NCBI GenBank assembly: GCA_963805975.1
Contig: CAWDVR010000004.1
Span: 525,069-589,068, forward strand
Length of the DNA stretch: 64,000 nt
Direction of reading: 5' to 3'
Source: an uncultured Acidobacteriota bacterium
GTDB taxonomy: Bacteria > Acidobacteriota > Thermoanaerobaculia > Multivoradales > SZUA-115
Shown: positions 10,744-20,480 of the stretch, piece after piece
How positions within the stretch are numbered: the stretch's first letter is position 1
Layout: each line of letters starts with the position of its first letter
The notes under the pieces: generated by a model
What the model was told of the DNA's origin: nothing
Database searches by the model: none
Seen by the model: the letters and a program-made list of their open reading frames with translations, nothing else
Program-made: the position numbers and the translations under genes

Positions 10744-11226
10744 ATGGCGATCTCAGCCGAAGACTACCGGGACGCCTTGCGCCACTTTCCCGCCGGGGTC
10801 ACCATCCTGACAGTGCGGGTCGGCGAGGAGATCCACGGCCTGACCGTCTCCGCCTTCGCCTCGGTGTCGCCCGCGCCGCCACTCGTCGCCGTGATCATCG
10901 ACCTCCGCCACCACGCGCACGAGCTGCTCGAAACGGAAGGGGCGGCCTTCGCCGTCAACGTGCTCGCCCACGACCAGCAGGAGCTCTCCAACCGCTTCGC
11001 CTGGACGCCCAGCGAGGAGCGCTTCGGCGCCGGCCGCTGGACGACGGCCGTCACCGGCGCGCCGATCCTCGAAGATGCCCTCGCCTGGCTCGACTGCCGG
11101 ATCTACGGCCGTCACCCGGCGGGCAGCCATTCCATCTACGTCGGCGAGGTGCTGGCGAGCGGCGTGCCGAGGAACGAAGTGCAGCCGCTCGTGTACTGGA
11201 ACCGCGACTACCGAAACCTGGCCTGA
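10744..11226 (+). CDS. flavin reductase family protein (NAD(P)H:flavin oxidoreductase, HpaC/RutF-like)
   Basis: 160 aa with family-typical motifs (FPAGVTILTV, GLTVSAFASVSPAPPLV, HSIYVGEV). Confidence 0.75.
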   Translation: MAISAEDYRDALRHFPAGVTILTVRVGEEIHGLTVSAFASVSPAPPLVAVIIDLRHHAHELLETEGAAFAVNVLAHDQQELSNRFAWTPSEERFGAGRWTTAVTGAPILEDALAWLDCRIYGRHPAGSHSIYVGEVLASGVPRNEVQPLVYWNRDYRNLA

Positions 11227-11235
11227 GGAGGCCCC

Positions 11236-12513
11236 ATGCGGCGAGCGATCGGCACCTTGGCAACGTGGACGGCGCTCGCTTGCGCCGCGGGTGCCGCAGC
11301 CGGAGAGGACCAGGGCTCGACCATGGAGCGATTCCGTTCGCTGTTGCGCGAAGCGCCGCTCACCGACGGCCACAACGACCTGCCCTGGGCCTTGCGCGAC
11401 AAGTACGGCGGCAAGCTCGACACCGTCGACCTGCGCCAGGATCTCTCCTCCGGCGAGAAGGCCCTCCAGACCGACATCCCCCGCCTCGCTCGAGGCGGTG
11501 TCGGCGCGCAATTCTGGTCGGTCTACGTGCCGGTCGATCTCGCGGGTGCAGCGGCTGTCGCGGCGGTGTTCGAGCAGATCGACCTCGTCCACCGGCTGTG
11601 CGCCCGCTACCCCGAAACCTTCGAGCTGGCGCTCACCGCCGCGGACGTCGAGCGGATCGCCAAGACCGGGAAAATCGCCTCGCTGATCGGTATGGAAGGC
11701 GGGCACTCGATCCACGAGTCTCTCGCCCTGCTGCGCCGCGCCTACGACGCCGGCGCCCGCTACATGACGCTCACTCACTGGGCGGCGACCGGCTGGGCCG
11801 ACTCGGCCACGGACGCGCCCAAGCACGGCGGCCTGACGCGCTTCGGCGAAGAGGTGGTGCGCGAGATGAACCGGCTCGGCATGCTGGTCGACCTCTCGCA
11901 CGTCTCGGCCGAGACGATGCACGACGCGCTCGCCGTGGCGGCTGCGCCGGTCATCTTTTCGCACTCCTCGGCACGGGCTTTGACCGCACATCCCCGCAAC
12001 GTGCCGGATGACGTCCTGGCGAAGCTCCGGGACAACGGCGGCCTGGTGATGGTGACCTTCGTGCCGGCCTTCGTCAGCGAGGAGGTGCGCGCCTGGGAAG
12101 CGGACGAGGCGGCGGAGAAGGCGCGGCTCGACGTGCTGCATGTGGGCGACCCCGACGGAAACAAGCAAGCCCTCGCGGCCTGGACAGGATCGCACCCGGC
12201 GCCCCAGGCCACGCTCGCGCAGGTCGCGGACCACCTGGACCACGTGCGCAAAGTGGCGGGCAGCGATCACGTGGGCGTCGGCTCGGACTTCGACGGCATC
12301 GAGCGCGGACCGGTCGGGCTGGAGGACGTCTCGACCTACCCGGCGCTCTTCGCCGAGCTCTCCCGGCGCGGCTGGTCCGACGAGGATCTGCGCAAGGCGG
12401 CCGGCGGCAACCTCCTGCGGGTCCTCCACGAGGCCGAGCGCACCGCGGCCCGCCTGCGCGCCGAGCGGCCGGCCTCGGAGGCGAAGATCGGGGATCTGGA
12501 CAAGAGCGAGTAG
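11236..12513 (+). CDS. membrane dipeptidase (peptidase M19 family), secreted
   Basis: Signal peptide followed by M19 motifs ([28 protein letters not shown]). Confidence 0.85.
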   Translation: MRRAIGTLATWTALACAAGAAAGEDQGSTMERFRSLLREAPLTDGHNDLPWALRDKYGGKLDTVDLRQDLSSGEKALQTDIPRLARGGVGAQFWSVYVPVDLAGAAAVAAVFEQIDLVHRLCARYPETFELALTAADVERIAKTGKIASLIGMEGGHSIHESLALLRRAYDAGARYMTLTHWAATGWADSATDAPKHGGLTRFGEEVVREMNRLGMLVDLSHVSAETMHDALAVAAAPVIFSHSSARALTAHPRNVPDDVLAKLRDNGGLVMVTFVPAFVSEEVRAWEADEAAEKARLDVLHVGDPDGNKQALAAWTGSHPAPQATLAQVADHLDHVRKVAGSDHVGVGSDFDGIERGPVGLEDVSTYPALFAELSRRGWSDEDLRKAAGGNLLRVLHEAERTAARLRAERPASEAKIGDLDKSE

Positions 12514-12531
12514 GGGCCGAGGCGGGCTGCT

Positions 12532-13911
12532 TCAGCGCCGGCTGCCGGGCTCGATTCGTTGGCTGCCGGATTGGGCTGCCAGGTCGAGTGCCAGGATCTT
12601 TTCCTTGTCGCGTACGAAGAGAGTGGTCGAGACCAGGGTGGGGAGCGTCCAGGCGTGTGGCGCCGCGATCTTGGTGGCGGCCAGGAACTCGAACTCTTGC
12701 GGGGAGACCCGGGCGAGTGCCAGCCTGCCGTCCTCGGTGAGGAAGAGGAGCTTGCCGTCGGCCCACAGGGCCTGCGCCTTGTGAAAGCCCGCCTCCTGCC
12801 AGGTGACCTCGCCGGTCTTCCAGCGGACGGCGGCGAGCCGCGAGGTGTCGTTGCCGCCGATCGAGCCGTAGAGGAAGTCGCCGCGACAGTGGAGTGTCCA
12901 GTGCGACGTCCTGAGCTTTGGGCTGAACCAGAGCTCCTTGACCCCGAGACCGCCCTTCCCCGGCTGGATCTCGAGGAGGCGCCCCCCTCCGGTGTCGAAC
13001 TGGCTGCTGATCCAGAGGTGGTTTTCGTCACACCGGACCGCCGGCGTCAGGTGGTTGCCGTTGTTGAAGGGGATCGCGTGCTTCCAGAGCGTCTTGCCGG
13101 TGACGGGATCGAGAGCGACGACGCCCTCGGGCTCGAAGTAGATGTAGTGCTCGCGACCCGCGATGCGAGTGAGGGTCGGCTGCGCGTAGCTGACGCCGCC
13201 GGGCCCGCTCTTCCACACCACCGAGCCGTCGGCCGGGTCGAAGGCGACGACGGCGGCCTCGTCTCCTCCGACCAGGGTGAGGATGGTGCCGTTGTAGGAG
13301 AGTGGGCTGCCCGAGTATCCGTACTCCTCGACTCGCTTGCGCCGGCCGAGCTCACGCGGCAGATCGTGTTTCCAGGCCACCGCACCCGTGCGCGCGTCGA
13401 GCGCCCGCATCCTGCCCGAGATGCCGATGCCGACGACCTTGTTGGCGACGAACAGGGGAGTCGAGTTGGGGCCCAGGCCGAAGCTGTGCTCCATTTCCGG
13501 CCAGTAGCTCGGCGTGTCGCGTTGCTCCCATAGAGTCGAGCCGGTCCGGGCGTCGAGCGCCACGATCACGTCCTCGGTGCCGTCGCGAAACATGGTGAAG
13601 AGCCGTCCGCCCTCGTAGAGGATCGAGGAGTAGCCACCCCCCAAGGACCGTTGCCAGAGCCGCCGCGGGCCGTCCGCGGGCCACTCCTCGGCAAGCGCGC
13701 CCGCACCCGCGGTGAAGTCGCCTCCGGGGCCCGCCCAGCTCAGCCAGCCTTCGGGTCCGCCGCCCGGTGCCACGGGCTGGCCGGGAGCAGCGCCGCGCTC
13801 CCGGCCGCCGGCGATCAGGGACACGAGGAGAACGAGGGCCACCGCCACTGCCAGGCGGACTAAGCGAACACCCCGGGACACCTGCGCGCGAGCCGGAATC
13901 ACAGCGTGCAT
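12532..13911 (-). CDS. PQQ-like beta-propeller repeat protein (BamB-like), membrane-anchored
   Basis: Start at MHAVIPARAQ followed by a hydrophobic anchor, then repeated ALDARTG...W/LWK PQQ-type blades. The track ORF extends falsely to 14670 through the antisense strand of the next gene. Confidence 0.75.
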   Translation of the reverse strand: MHAVIPARAQVSRGVRLVRLAVAVALVLLVSLIAGGRERGAAPGQPVAPGGGPEGWLSWAGPGGDFTAGAGALAEEWPADGPRRLWQRSLGGGYSSILYEGGRLFTMFRDGTEDVIVALDARTGSTLWEQRDTPSYWPEMEHSFGLGPNSTPLFVANKVVGIGISGRMRALDARTGAVAWKHDLPRELGRRKRVEEYGYSGSPLSYNGTILTLVGGDEAAVVAFDPADGSVVWKSGPGGVSYAQPTLTRIAGREHYIYFEPEGVVALDPVTGKTLWKHAIPFNNGNHLTPAVRCDENHLWISSQFDTGGGRLLEIQPGKGGLGVKELWFSPKLRTSHWTLHCRGDFLYGSIGGNDTSRLAAVRWKTGEVTWQEAGFHKAQALWADGKLLFLTEDGRLALARVSPQEFEFLAATKIAAPHAWTLPTLVSTTLFVRDKEKILALDLAAQSGSQRIEPGSRR

Positions 13912-13928
13912 CTCCTGAGCCTCCAGCA

Positions 13929-14945
13929 CTATCCGTCGACCTGCAGCACGATCTTCCCGAAGTGCTTCCCCGCGGCCATGCGGTCGAGAGCGGCGCGCGC
14001 TTCGGTCCACGGCAGCGCCGAGTCGACGACCGGCCGCAGGCCCTGGGCCGAGAGCGCGCGGTTCATGGCCTCGAAGGACTCCCGGTCGCCCACCAGGATG
14101 CCCTGGAGGCGCACCCGCTGCATGAAGATCGGCACGATCGACAGCTCTGCCGCGCCGCCGGCCAGCACGCCGATCAGCGCAATGGTGCCGCCGAACCGCA
14201 CGGCGGCGAGCGACTGCGCGAGCGTGCCGGCACCGCCGACCTCGAGCACCAGGTCGGCTCCCCGGCCTTCGGTCAGCTCCTTGACCCGCACGCCCCATTT
14301 CGGGGTCGAGCGGTAGTTGATCGTCTCCCAGGCGCCCAGCGCTCGGGCCCGATCCAGCTTCTCGTCGCTTCCCGAGGTGACGATCACCCGCGCCCCGGCG
14401 AGCTGGGCGAGCTGCAACGCGAAGATCGAGACGCCGCCGGTGCCCTGCACCACCACGGTCTCTCCGGGCTGTACGCGGCCCTCGGTCGAGAGCGCGTTCC
14501 AGGCCGTGACCGCGGCGCAGGGCAGGGTCGAAGCCTCCTCGTAGCTCAGGTGCTCCGGGATCGCCACGCAGCCCTGCTCGGAGAGCACGATCTCCTGGGC
14601 CAGCGTGCCGTCGAGCGGCCCGCCGAGCGTGGCGCGCACCTTCTCGCGGCTGGGCTCCCCGGCGATCCACGGCGGCGCGAAGATCGGCATCACCCGGTCT
14701 CCGAGCTCGAAGCGCTCCACGCCTGGCCCCACCGCCACCACCTCGCCGGCGCCGTCCGAGCAGGGGATGAACGGCAGCGGCTGGCGCGGGTTGTAGAGGC
14801 CCTGGATCATCATCAAATCGCGGTAGTTGAGCGACACGGCGCGGATCGCCACCCGCACCTGCCCGGGCCCGGGCTCCACTTGCGGGCGCTCGGTGAGCAC
14901 CAGGTGGTCGAGCCCGAAGGCTCCTTGAACCTCGAAGGCTCTCAT
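13929..14945 (-). CDS. zinc-binding alcohol dehydrogenase / NADPH:quinone oxidoreductase (MDR family)
   Basis: Start at MRAFEVQGAFG. MDR-family motifs (cofactor loop VQGTGGVSIFALQLAQLAGARVIVT). ATG overlaps the downstream VapC stop region. Confidence 0.8.
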   Translation of the reverse strand: MRAFEVQGAFGLDHLVLTERPQVEPGPGQVRVAIRAVSLNYRDLMMIQGLYNPRQPLPFIPCSDGAGEVVAVGPGVERFELGDRVMPIFAPPWIAGEPSREKVRATLGGPLDGTLAQEIVLSEQGCVAIPEHLSYEEASTLPCAAVTAWNALSTEGRVQPGETVVVQGTGGVSIFALQLAQLAGARVIVTSGSDEKLDRARALGAWETINYRSTPKWGVRVKELTEGRGADLVLEVGGAGTLAQSLAAVRFGGTIALIGVLAGGAAELSIVPIFMQRVRLQGILVGDRESFEAMNRALSAQGLRPVVDSALPWTEARAALDRMAAGKHFGKIVLQVDG

Positions 14946-15424
14946 TCGGGCTCGTGGACGAAGTGGGTGGGCGGGCCGCCGGTGGGGTAGAGGTCGGAAG
15001 CCAGGAGAGTGAAGCCCTCGTGGAGACTCAGCTTCCTGTCGAACGTCACGGTGTCGGAGCAACCGGCCAGCCTGCCGATCTCTCCCACGAGGTAGTCGGA
15101 GAACCCGGCTTTCCCGTCTCGGTACAAGACGAGAGCGTTTCTCACGGCATCATGGCTCTCGAGCAGGAAGACGCGGCTCTCGAGGATGCCTTCGATCAGC
15201 TCCGTGATCGACGACCGCTCGAAAGCATAGCGCCCACGTTCGAGCGTCCAGACCAGCTCGCATAGCGCGACCGAAGTGATGAACCCACCTTCACGCTGGA
15301 TCTCCAGGTCGTAGAAGAAGTCCCTGACCAGCGGGAACTGTGCCGGGTCGTCAGCCGTGAAGTACCGGACGAGTAGGTTGGTATCGATCCCGCGCAATTC
15401 AGTGGCCTCGCCGGATACGGTCAT
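14942..15424 (-). CDS. vapC: PIN-domain toxin VapC
   Basis: PIN-domain motif (GIDTNLLVRYF) with conserved acidic residues, immediately downstream of an AbrB/SpoVT-type antitoxin. The ATG start overlaps vapB by 26 nt; an in-frame TTG nine codons downstream of the ATG (about 15397) would remove the overlap. Confidence 0.75.
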   Translation of the reverse strand: MTVSGEATELRGIDTNLLVRYFTADDPAQFPLVRDFFYDLEIQREGGFITSVALCELVWTLERGRYAFERSSITELIEGILESRVFLLESHDAVRNALVLYRDGKAGFSDYLVGEIGRLAGCSDTVTFDRKLSLHEGFTLLASDLYPTGGPPTHFVHEPE

Positions 15425-15665
15425 CCTCGGAGGTCACGTAGTCGATGATCACCTGGTCCAACTCCTCCTGCGTCATCGGCTTCATCCCCGGCCGGTGAAG
15501 CAGGCCGGCCAGTTCCCTGACCGAGCGACCCAGACGCCGCAGCCGGACCCGGCCGTCTTTCTCCATGGTGAACTCCAGCCGGTCGCCGTCCCTGGCACCG
15601 AGGAAGTCCCGGACCTCTTTGGGGATCGTGATCTGGCCCTTGCTACTAACAGTTGCGGTTGGCAT
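15399..15665 (-). CDS. vapB: AbrB/SpoVT/MazE-family antitoxin VapB
   Basis: Swapped-hairpin barrel motif (SSKGQITIPKEVRDFLG). 88 aa. Confidence 0.8.
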   Translation of the reverse strand: MPTATVSSKGQITIPKEVRDFLGARDGDRLEFTMEKDGRVRLRRLGRSVRELAGLLHRPGMKPMTQEELDQVIIDYVTSEDDRIRRGH

Positions 15666-15702
15666 ACCCTCTCCTTACTCAGGGTAAGGAGAGGGTACCA
15701 CG

Positions 15703-17151
15703 CTATTGCCCGTCTTTGGGAGCCCGTGCCCGGCCGAAGCCGGGTTCCATTTCGGCTGCGGCGTAGGCGAAGACGGCGTGGGCGGCCACGTTCTGTTGGA
15801 GGCCGGCCTGGTCGACCTGCGCCAGCGTGTCGTTGACCGTGTGGTGGACGTCGAAATAGAGAGTGGTGTCCTGCCAGAGGCCGAAGAGCGGGACGCGGGC
15901 AGCCGTCATGGGGGAGAGGTCGGCGCCGCCCTGGCCGTCGTTGTTGCCGCGGGCGATGCCCAGGGGCGCCAGCAGCCGCGCCACCGTCTCGACCGCCGGG
16001 AGGGCCGCTTCCTCGACCCCCGAGGTGAAGGACCACAAGGCCCCCGAGCCGAGGTCTGCCTCGACGGCCGCCACGTGCCGGGCGAGCTCCGCTTCGTGCG
16101 CCGCGGCGTAGGCTCGGGCGCCGGAGAGCCCGAACTCCTCGTTGGCGAAGAGCACCACGCGCACCGTGCGGCGCGGGCGGACGGGCAGCTCCGCGATCAG
16201 CTTGGCGGTGGCCATGACGATCGCACAGCCGGCGCCGTCGTCGAGGGCGCCTTGGCCCAGGTCCCAGGAGTCGAGATGGGCGCCGAGGAGCACGATCTCC
16301 TCCGGCTTCTCGCGGCCACGGATCTCGCCGATCACGTTGGCGGACTGGGCATCGGGGAGCACGCGGGTGGTGAGGCGCAGGCGGAAGCGCACGGTCTTGC
16401 CGCTCTTCGCCTGGGCGGCAACGAGGTCCGCGTCCGGGTTCGAGAGCGCTGCGGCCGGGATTCTCCGGACCCCCTCCTGCTCGCGGGTGGCGCCGGTGTG
16501 GGCGATGCGGTTGTCGGAGGTGCCGGCGGAGCGGATCAGCAGGGCCACGGCCCCCTTCTTCGAGGCCTCGGAAGGGCCGGCACCGCGCTTGGCGACCGCG
16601 CGTCCGTAGCCCGAGGCGTCGCGCGTCGGCTCCATCCTGCCGTCGATGAACACGATCTTGCCGGCGGCCCCGCCTTCCGGCAGAGCCCGGAGCGCGTCGA
16701 GCGAATCGACGTACAGAACCTCGGCTTCGATTCCCGCCGGCGGGGTGGCGACGCTGCCGCCCAGCGCCGCGAGCACCACGGGCTGCGGGTAGGGCGCGAC
16801 GATCTCGCCGCTCCCTTCGCCGCGCTCCCAGTGCGGCACGGTCACCGGCTCGGAGCGCACCTGCTCGAAGCCCAGCTCGCGGAGCTTGGCGAGCGCCCAC
16901 TGAACGGCCCGTGCGTCGCCGGGCGAGCCGGCCAGCCGGGGGCCGACCTCGACCGAGAGCGAGCTCACGAGCTGGTAGGCGAGATCGCTCGTCCCGGCTC
17001 GTTCGCGCAGGGCTTCGGCTGTACGCGCCAGCTCGTCGGCAGTGGGCGGGGCCACCTCGGCGGCGCCGGAGAGCGACCAGGCCGCGGCGAGCGCCGACGC
17101 CACGGCGAGGACGGCACCGGTCCGCCACGGGCGATTGCGCAACGCTCTCAT
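15703..17151 (-). CDS. M28 family aminopeptidase with PA domain, secreted
   Basis: Signal peptide. PA-domain-like region and M28 metal ligands (HLDSW, DDGAGCA, NEEFGLSG). Confidence 0.8.
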   Translation of the reverse strand: MRALRNRPWRTGAVLAVASALAAAWSLSGAAEVAPPTADELARTAEALRERAGTSDLAYQLVSSLSVEVGPRLAGSPGDARAVQWALAKLRELGFEQVRSEPVTVPHWERGEGSGEIVAPYPQPVVLAALGGSVATPPAGIEAEVLYVDSLDALRALPEGGAAGKIVFIDGRMEPTRDASGYGRAVAKRGAGPSEASKKGAVALLIRSAGTSDNRIAHTGATREQEGVRRIPAAALSNPDADLVAAQAKSGKTVRFRLRLTTRVLPDAQSANVIGEIRGREKPEEIVLLGAHLDSWDLGQGALDDGAGCAIVMATAKLIAELPVRPRRTVRVVLFANEEFGLSGARAYAAAHEAELARHVAAVEADLGSGALWSFTSGVEEAALPAVETVARLLAPLGIARGNNDGQGGADLSPMTAARVPLFGLWQDTTLYFDVHHTVNDTLAQVDQAGLQQNVAAHAVFAYAAAEMEPGFGRARAPKDGQ

Positions 17152-17582
17152 GTTCCCTCCTGGACGAGCGCGGAGACGAGCTTTGCCGCCAGCTCCTGGC
17201 CGGCCTCCGCCTCCAGCCGCCCGGCCCGCCAGTCGATGTCGAGGCCGCTGCCGGCGAACTTGGGGATCAGGTGGAAGTGGACGTGCATCACCACCTGGTG
17301 CGCGGCGCTGCCGTTGTTCTGCAGCACGTTGTAGGCCGTGGCACCGGTCACCCGCTTCACGGCCCGCGCGAGGCGCGGCAGCACGCGGCCGATGGCGGCC
17401 CCGGCCTCGTCGGAGAGCTCGTCGAGCTGCGCCCGGCGCTCTTTTGGGATCACCAGCAGGTGGCCCCGCGACAGCGGGTTGATGTCCAGGAAGGCGAGCA
17501 CGTGCTCGTCCTCGTAGACGCGGTGGCAGGGGATCTCGCCGTCGAGGATGCGGTCGAAAATGGTGCGTTCGCGGTCGCTCAT
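17148..17582 (-). CDS. HIT family protein (histidine triad nucleotide hydrolase)
   Basis: Histidine triad (HVHFHLIP) plus family motifs (IFDRIL, CHRVYEDEHVLAFLDINP). Confidence 0.9.
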   Translation of the reverse strand: MSDRERTIFDRILDGEIPCHRVYEDEHVLAFLDINPLSRGHLLVIPKERRAQLDELSDEAGAAIGRVLPRLARAVKRVTGATAYNVLQNNGSAAHQVVMHVHFHLIPKFAGSGLDIDWRAGRLEAEAGQELAAKLVSALVQEGT

Positions 17583-17704
17583 AGAGATTTCTGGCGGTGG
17601 TTTTGGTGTCCGCTCGTCCGTGCGCCTATGATAGTAGTAATTCGCGCCCGGCAGCCCCCGGACTGAATCACGCGGGCCGAATCAATGCGGGCCGGAAGCT
17701 CGGC

Positions 17705-18082
17705 ATGACCTCAATCCCCCAGGATCGCAGCGCCCTGCCGCGAGCTCGCTCGCTGGTCGCTCTCCTCCTCGCGCTGCTCTGCCTGCTGAGCACGGCCGAG
17801 CTGCACCGCGACCACTCGCTGCTCGACGATCACTCGTCGGCCGATCTCGGGTCCGCCGGTTGCCACCCGACGCTCGCGACGCACCTCGAGCCACCTCACG
17901 AGCCCGGTTCCCGGGAGTGTCCGGCCTGTCTGCTCCGTCTCGTCACCCGGGGCGCGATGCTGCCCACCGAGATGGCGTTCGACGCCTCGCTCGCGCCTCT
18001 CGGGAGAGTGGCGGAGCAGGGTTTCGCCGCTCGCTTCGCGCCGCCTGTCGCGAGCCTCTCCCGCGGTCCTCCCTCCGCCTAG
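17705..18082 (+). CDS. small membrane-anchored Cys/His-rich protein (DUF2946-like?), upstream of a TonB-dependent receptor
   Basis: N-terminal hydrophobic segment (LVALLLALLCLLSTA), then His-rich region (HRDHSLLDDHSSADLGSAGCHP...HLEPPHEPGSRECPAC) containing a CxxC. Co-oriented with the TBDR 100 nt downstream. Family assignment is tentative. Confidence 0.4.
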   Translation: MTSIPQDRSALPRARSLVALLLALLCLLSTAELHRDHSLLDDHSSADLGSAGCHPTLATHLEPPHEPGSRECPACLLRLVTRGAMLPTEMAFDASLAPLGRVAEQGFAARFAPPVASLSRGPPSA

Positions 18083-18181
18083 ATCCTTCCCTTGCAGTCG
18101 CAGCCCTGTCCGGTTCCGCCGGTCGGGGTCTCCTTCGACGTCGCAAGCTCGCTCCGTCCACCGGGGCCGGGAGAAGTGATC

Positions 18182-20476
18182 ATGGCGAAGAGCCTTCAAC
18201 ACGCGCGTGTTCCGCGAGGCGTCCTGCTCGTTCTGACATCGTGGCTTGGTTTGGCCGGCGTGCTGCCGGCAGCGGCCCAGACGGCCACCGCTTCCGAGGC
18301 CCCGTCTTTCGGCGCCCTCACCGGCGAGGTCACCACCGCCTCCGGCGAGCCGGTCGAGGGTGCCGAGGTGAGCCTGGTCGATCTCAGGCGCCGCACCCGC
18401 ACCTCCGCGGACGGCAGCTTCCGCCTCGAAGGCCTGCCCGCCGGAAGCTATCTGCTCGAAGCCAGGAGCCTGGAGCACGGCGAAGGCTCGGCGCGGGTGG
18501 AGGTGCGTCCGGGAGCGGAGGCGAGCGTCCAGATCCTCGTCGACCTCGCCCGGCTGCACGACGAGGTGGTGGTGACCGCCGGCGCCTCGGCCCGGCAGCA
18601 GCTCGAGCTCGCGCAGGCGTCGACCGTGCTCTCCGGTGACGACCTCGACCAGCGCCGCGACTCGACCCTGGGCGAGACCCTGGCGCAACAGCCGGGAATC
18701 AGCTCGACCTACTTCGGTCCTGGTGCCAGCCGGCCGGTGATCCGGGGCCTGGGAGGGGACCGCGTGCGCATGCTCTCGGACGGCCTGGGGAGCGCCGACG
18801 CCTCGAACGTGAGCCCGGACCACGCGGTGTCGGTCGACCCGGCGTCGGCCGAGCGCATCGAGGTGCTGCGCGGACCTTCGACGCTGCTCTACGGCTCGAC
18901 CGCCATCGGCGGCGTGGTCAACGTGCTCGACAACCGCATCCCCGGCTACGCGCCCGAGAAGCCGTTGACCGGCAGCGTGGAGCTCTCGGCCGGCACGGTG
19001 GCCGGCGAGCGGCAGGGCTCCCTGATGCTCGAAGGCGGCGCGGGCCGTTTCGCCTGGCATGCCGACTACCTGCAGCGCGAGACCGACGATTACGAGATCC
19101 CCGGCTTCGCCGAGGCGGACCCGCAAGAGGACGAGGAGATGACCGGCGAGCTCGACAACAGCGCGCTCGACAGCGAGGCCGGGAGCATCGGCTTCTCGCT
19201 GGTGGGCGATACCGGGCTGATCGGCCTCTCGGTCAGCGGCTTCGACACTCTCTACGGCGTTCCCGGACACGAGCATGAGCACGAGGAAAAAGAGGAGGGC
19301 GGACCGGTGCGCATCGACCTCGAGCAGCGCCGGGTGGATCTCAAGGGCGAGCTCCGCCGCCCCTTCGGCCTCTGGAGCGGCGCCAGGCTGCGTCTCGGCT
19401 CGGCGGACTACGAGCATCGCGAGCTCGAAGGCGCCGAGGTCGGCACCACCTTCCTGAACGAATCGCTCGAGGGCCGCTTCGAGCTGGTGCAGCAGCGCAC
19501 CCGCGGCGGCCTCTCCGGTTCCGTGGGTGTGCAGTACTCGACGAGCGACTTCGCGGCGATCGGTGCGGAGGCTTTCGTGCCGCCCTCGACCACGGATCTC
19601 GCAGCCGTCTTCGCCTTCGAGGAGATCCAGCGCGGCAAGCTCCGCTATCAATTCGGTGGCCGTTTCGAGAACCAGCAGGTGGACGTCGACTCCGAGCTGC
19701 CGGACCGCGACCTCTCCGGCCTCTCCGGCTCGCTGGGCCTGGTCTGGGAGCCCGCGGACGACTACTCGCTCTCCGTGTCCGTGGCCCGCTCCGTGCGCCT
19801 GCCCACCGCGACCGAGCTCTACGCCAACGGCCCGCACATCGCGACCGACGCCTTCGAAGTGGGCGACCCGGACCTCGACCAGGAGACCAGCCTGGGGGTG
19901 GACGTGTCGCTGCGCAAACGCACGGGCCGCTTCACGGCGACGCTCAACCTGTTCGCCAACCGCTTCGACGACTACGTGTTCGAGCGCTTCAACGGCGAGG
20001 AGCAGGACGGGCTCGCGGTGATCGTCTTCGACCAGCAGGACGCGGAGTTCGTGGGCGGCGAGATCGAGGGCCTGGTCAACCTCTATCAGGGCGACCACGC
20101 GCATTTCGACCTGCTGTTGGGAACGGACTACGTGCGGGCCGAGCTGTCAGGCACCGGCGAGCCCCTGCCGCGCATCCCGCCGCGGCGCCACAAGCTGGGC
20201 GTGAGCTACCGCTACGACCGCCTGCGGGCCTTCGCCGAGGCGATCCGCGCCGAGAGCCAGGACCGGGCGAGCGACGAGGAGACGACGACCGCCGGCTACA
20301 CGCTGCTCAACGCCGGCATCTCGTACCGGCTCTTCCTGGGCCCCACGGTGCTCGACCTGATGCTGCGTGGCCGCAACCTGGGCGACGAGGAGGCGCGCAA
20401 CCACGTCTCGTTCCTCAAAGATGTAGCGCCGCTGCCGGGCCGGGACGTCAACCTCGGCGTGCGGCTGGCGTTCTAG
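18182..20476 (+). CDS. TonB-dependent outer-membrane receptor with N-terminal carboxypeptidase-regulatory-like domain and His/Glu-rich loop
   Basis: Signal peptide. CarbopepD_reg-like domain (GEVTTASGEPVEGAEVSLVD...). Plug-domain motifs (ETLAQQPGI, RGLGGDRVRMLSDG, TAIGGVVNV). 22-strand barrel ending in an aromatic residue. Loop sequence GHEHEHEEKEEGG. Confidence 0.85.
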   Translation: MAKSLQHARVPRGVLLVLTSWLGLAGVLPAAAQTATASEAPSFGALTGEVTTASGEPVEGAEVSLVDLRRRTRTSADGSFRLEGLPAGSYLLEARSLEHGEGSARVEVRPGAEASVQILVDLARLHDEVVVTAGASARQQLELAQASTVLSGDDLDQRRDSTLGETLAQQPGISSTYFGPGASRPVIRGLGGDRVRMLSDGLGSADASNVSPDHAVSVDPASAERIEVLRGPSTLLYGSTAIGGVVNVLDNRIPGYAPEKPLTGSVELSAGTVAGERQGSLMLEGGAGRFAWHADYLQRETDDYEIPGFAEADPQEDEEMTGELDNSALDSEAGSIGFSLVGDTGLIGLSVSGFDTLYGVPGHEHEHEEKEEGGPVRIDLEQRRVDLKGELRRPFGLWSGARLRLGSADYEHRELEGAEVGTTFLNESLEGRFELVQQRTRGGLSGSVGVQYSTSDFAAIGAEAFVPPSTTDLAAVFAFEEIQRGKLRYQFGGRFENQQVDVDSELPDRDLSGLSGSLGLVWEPADDYSLSVSVARSVRLPTATELYANGPHIATDAFEVGDPDLDQETSLGVDVSLRKRTGRFTATLNLFANRFDDYVFERFNGEEQDGLAVIVFDQQDAEFVGGEIEGLVNLYQGDHAHFDLLLGTDYVRAELSGTGEPLPRIPPRRHKLGVSYRYDRLRAFAEAIRAESQDRASDEETTTAGYTLLNAGISYRLFLGPTVLDLMLRGRNLGDEEARNHVSFLKDVAPLPGRDVNLGVRLAF

Positions 20477-20480
20477 GGCA

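Noticed and set aside
10753-12429. 558-aa minus-strand ORF antisense to the flavin reductase and dipeptidase
   Set aside because: No motifs, and it is fully overlapped by two well-supported genes on the + strand.
12532-14670. 712-aa track ORF (PQQ protein with 250-aa Arg/Gly-rich N-terminus)
   Set aside because: The extension is antisense to the MDR dehydrogenase gene. A signal-anchored start at MHAVIP (13911) gives a normal PQQ propeller protein.
15482-20104. Long antisense or overlapping ORFs (15482-17128, 15706-17334, 17711-20104)
   Set aside because: They overlap the M28 peptidase, HIT and TonB-receptor genes. Their Arg/Gly/Pro-rich translations are typical of spurious ORFs in about 70% GC DNA.
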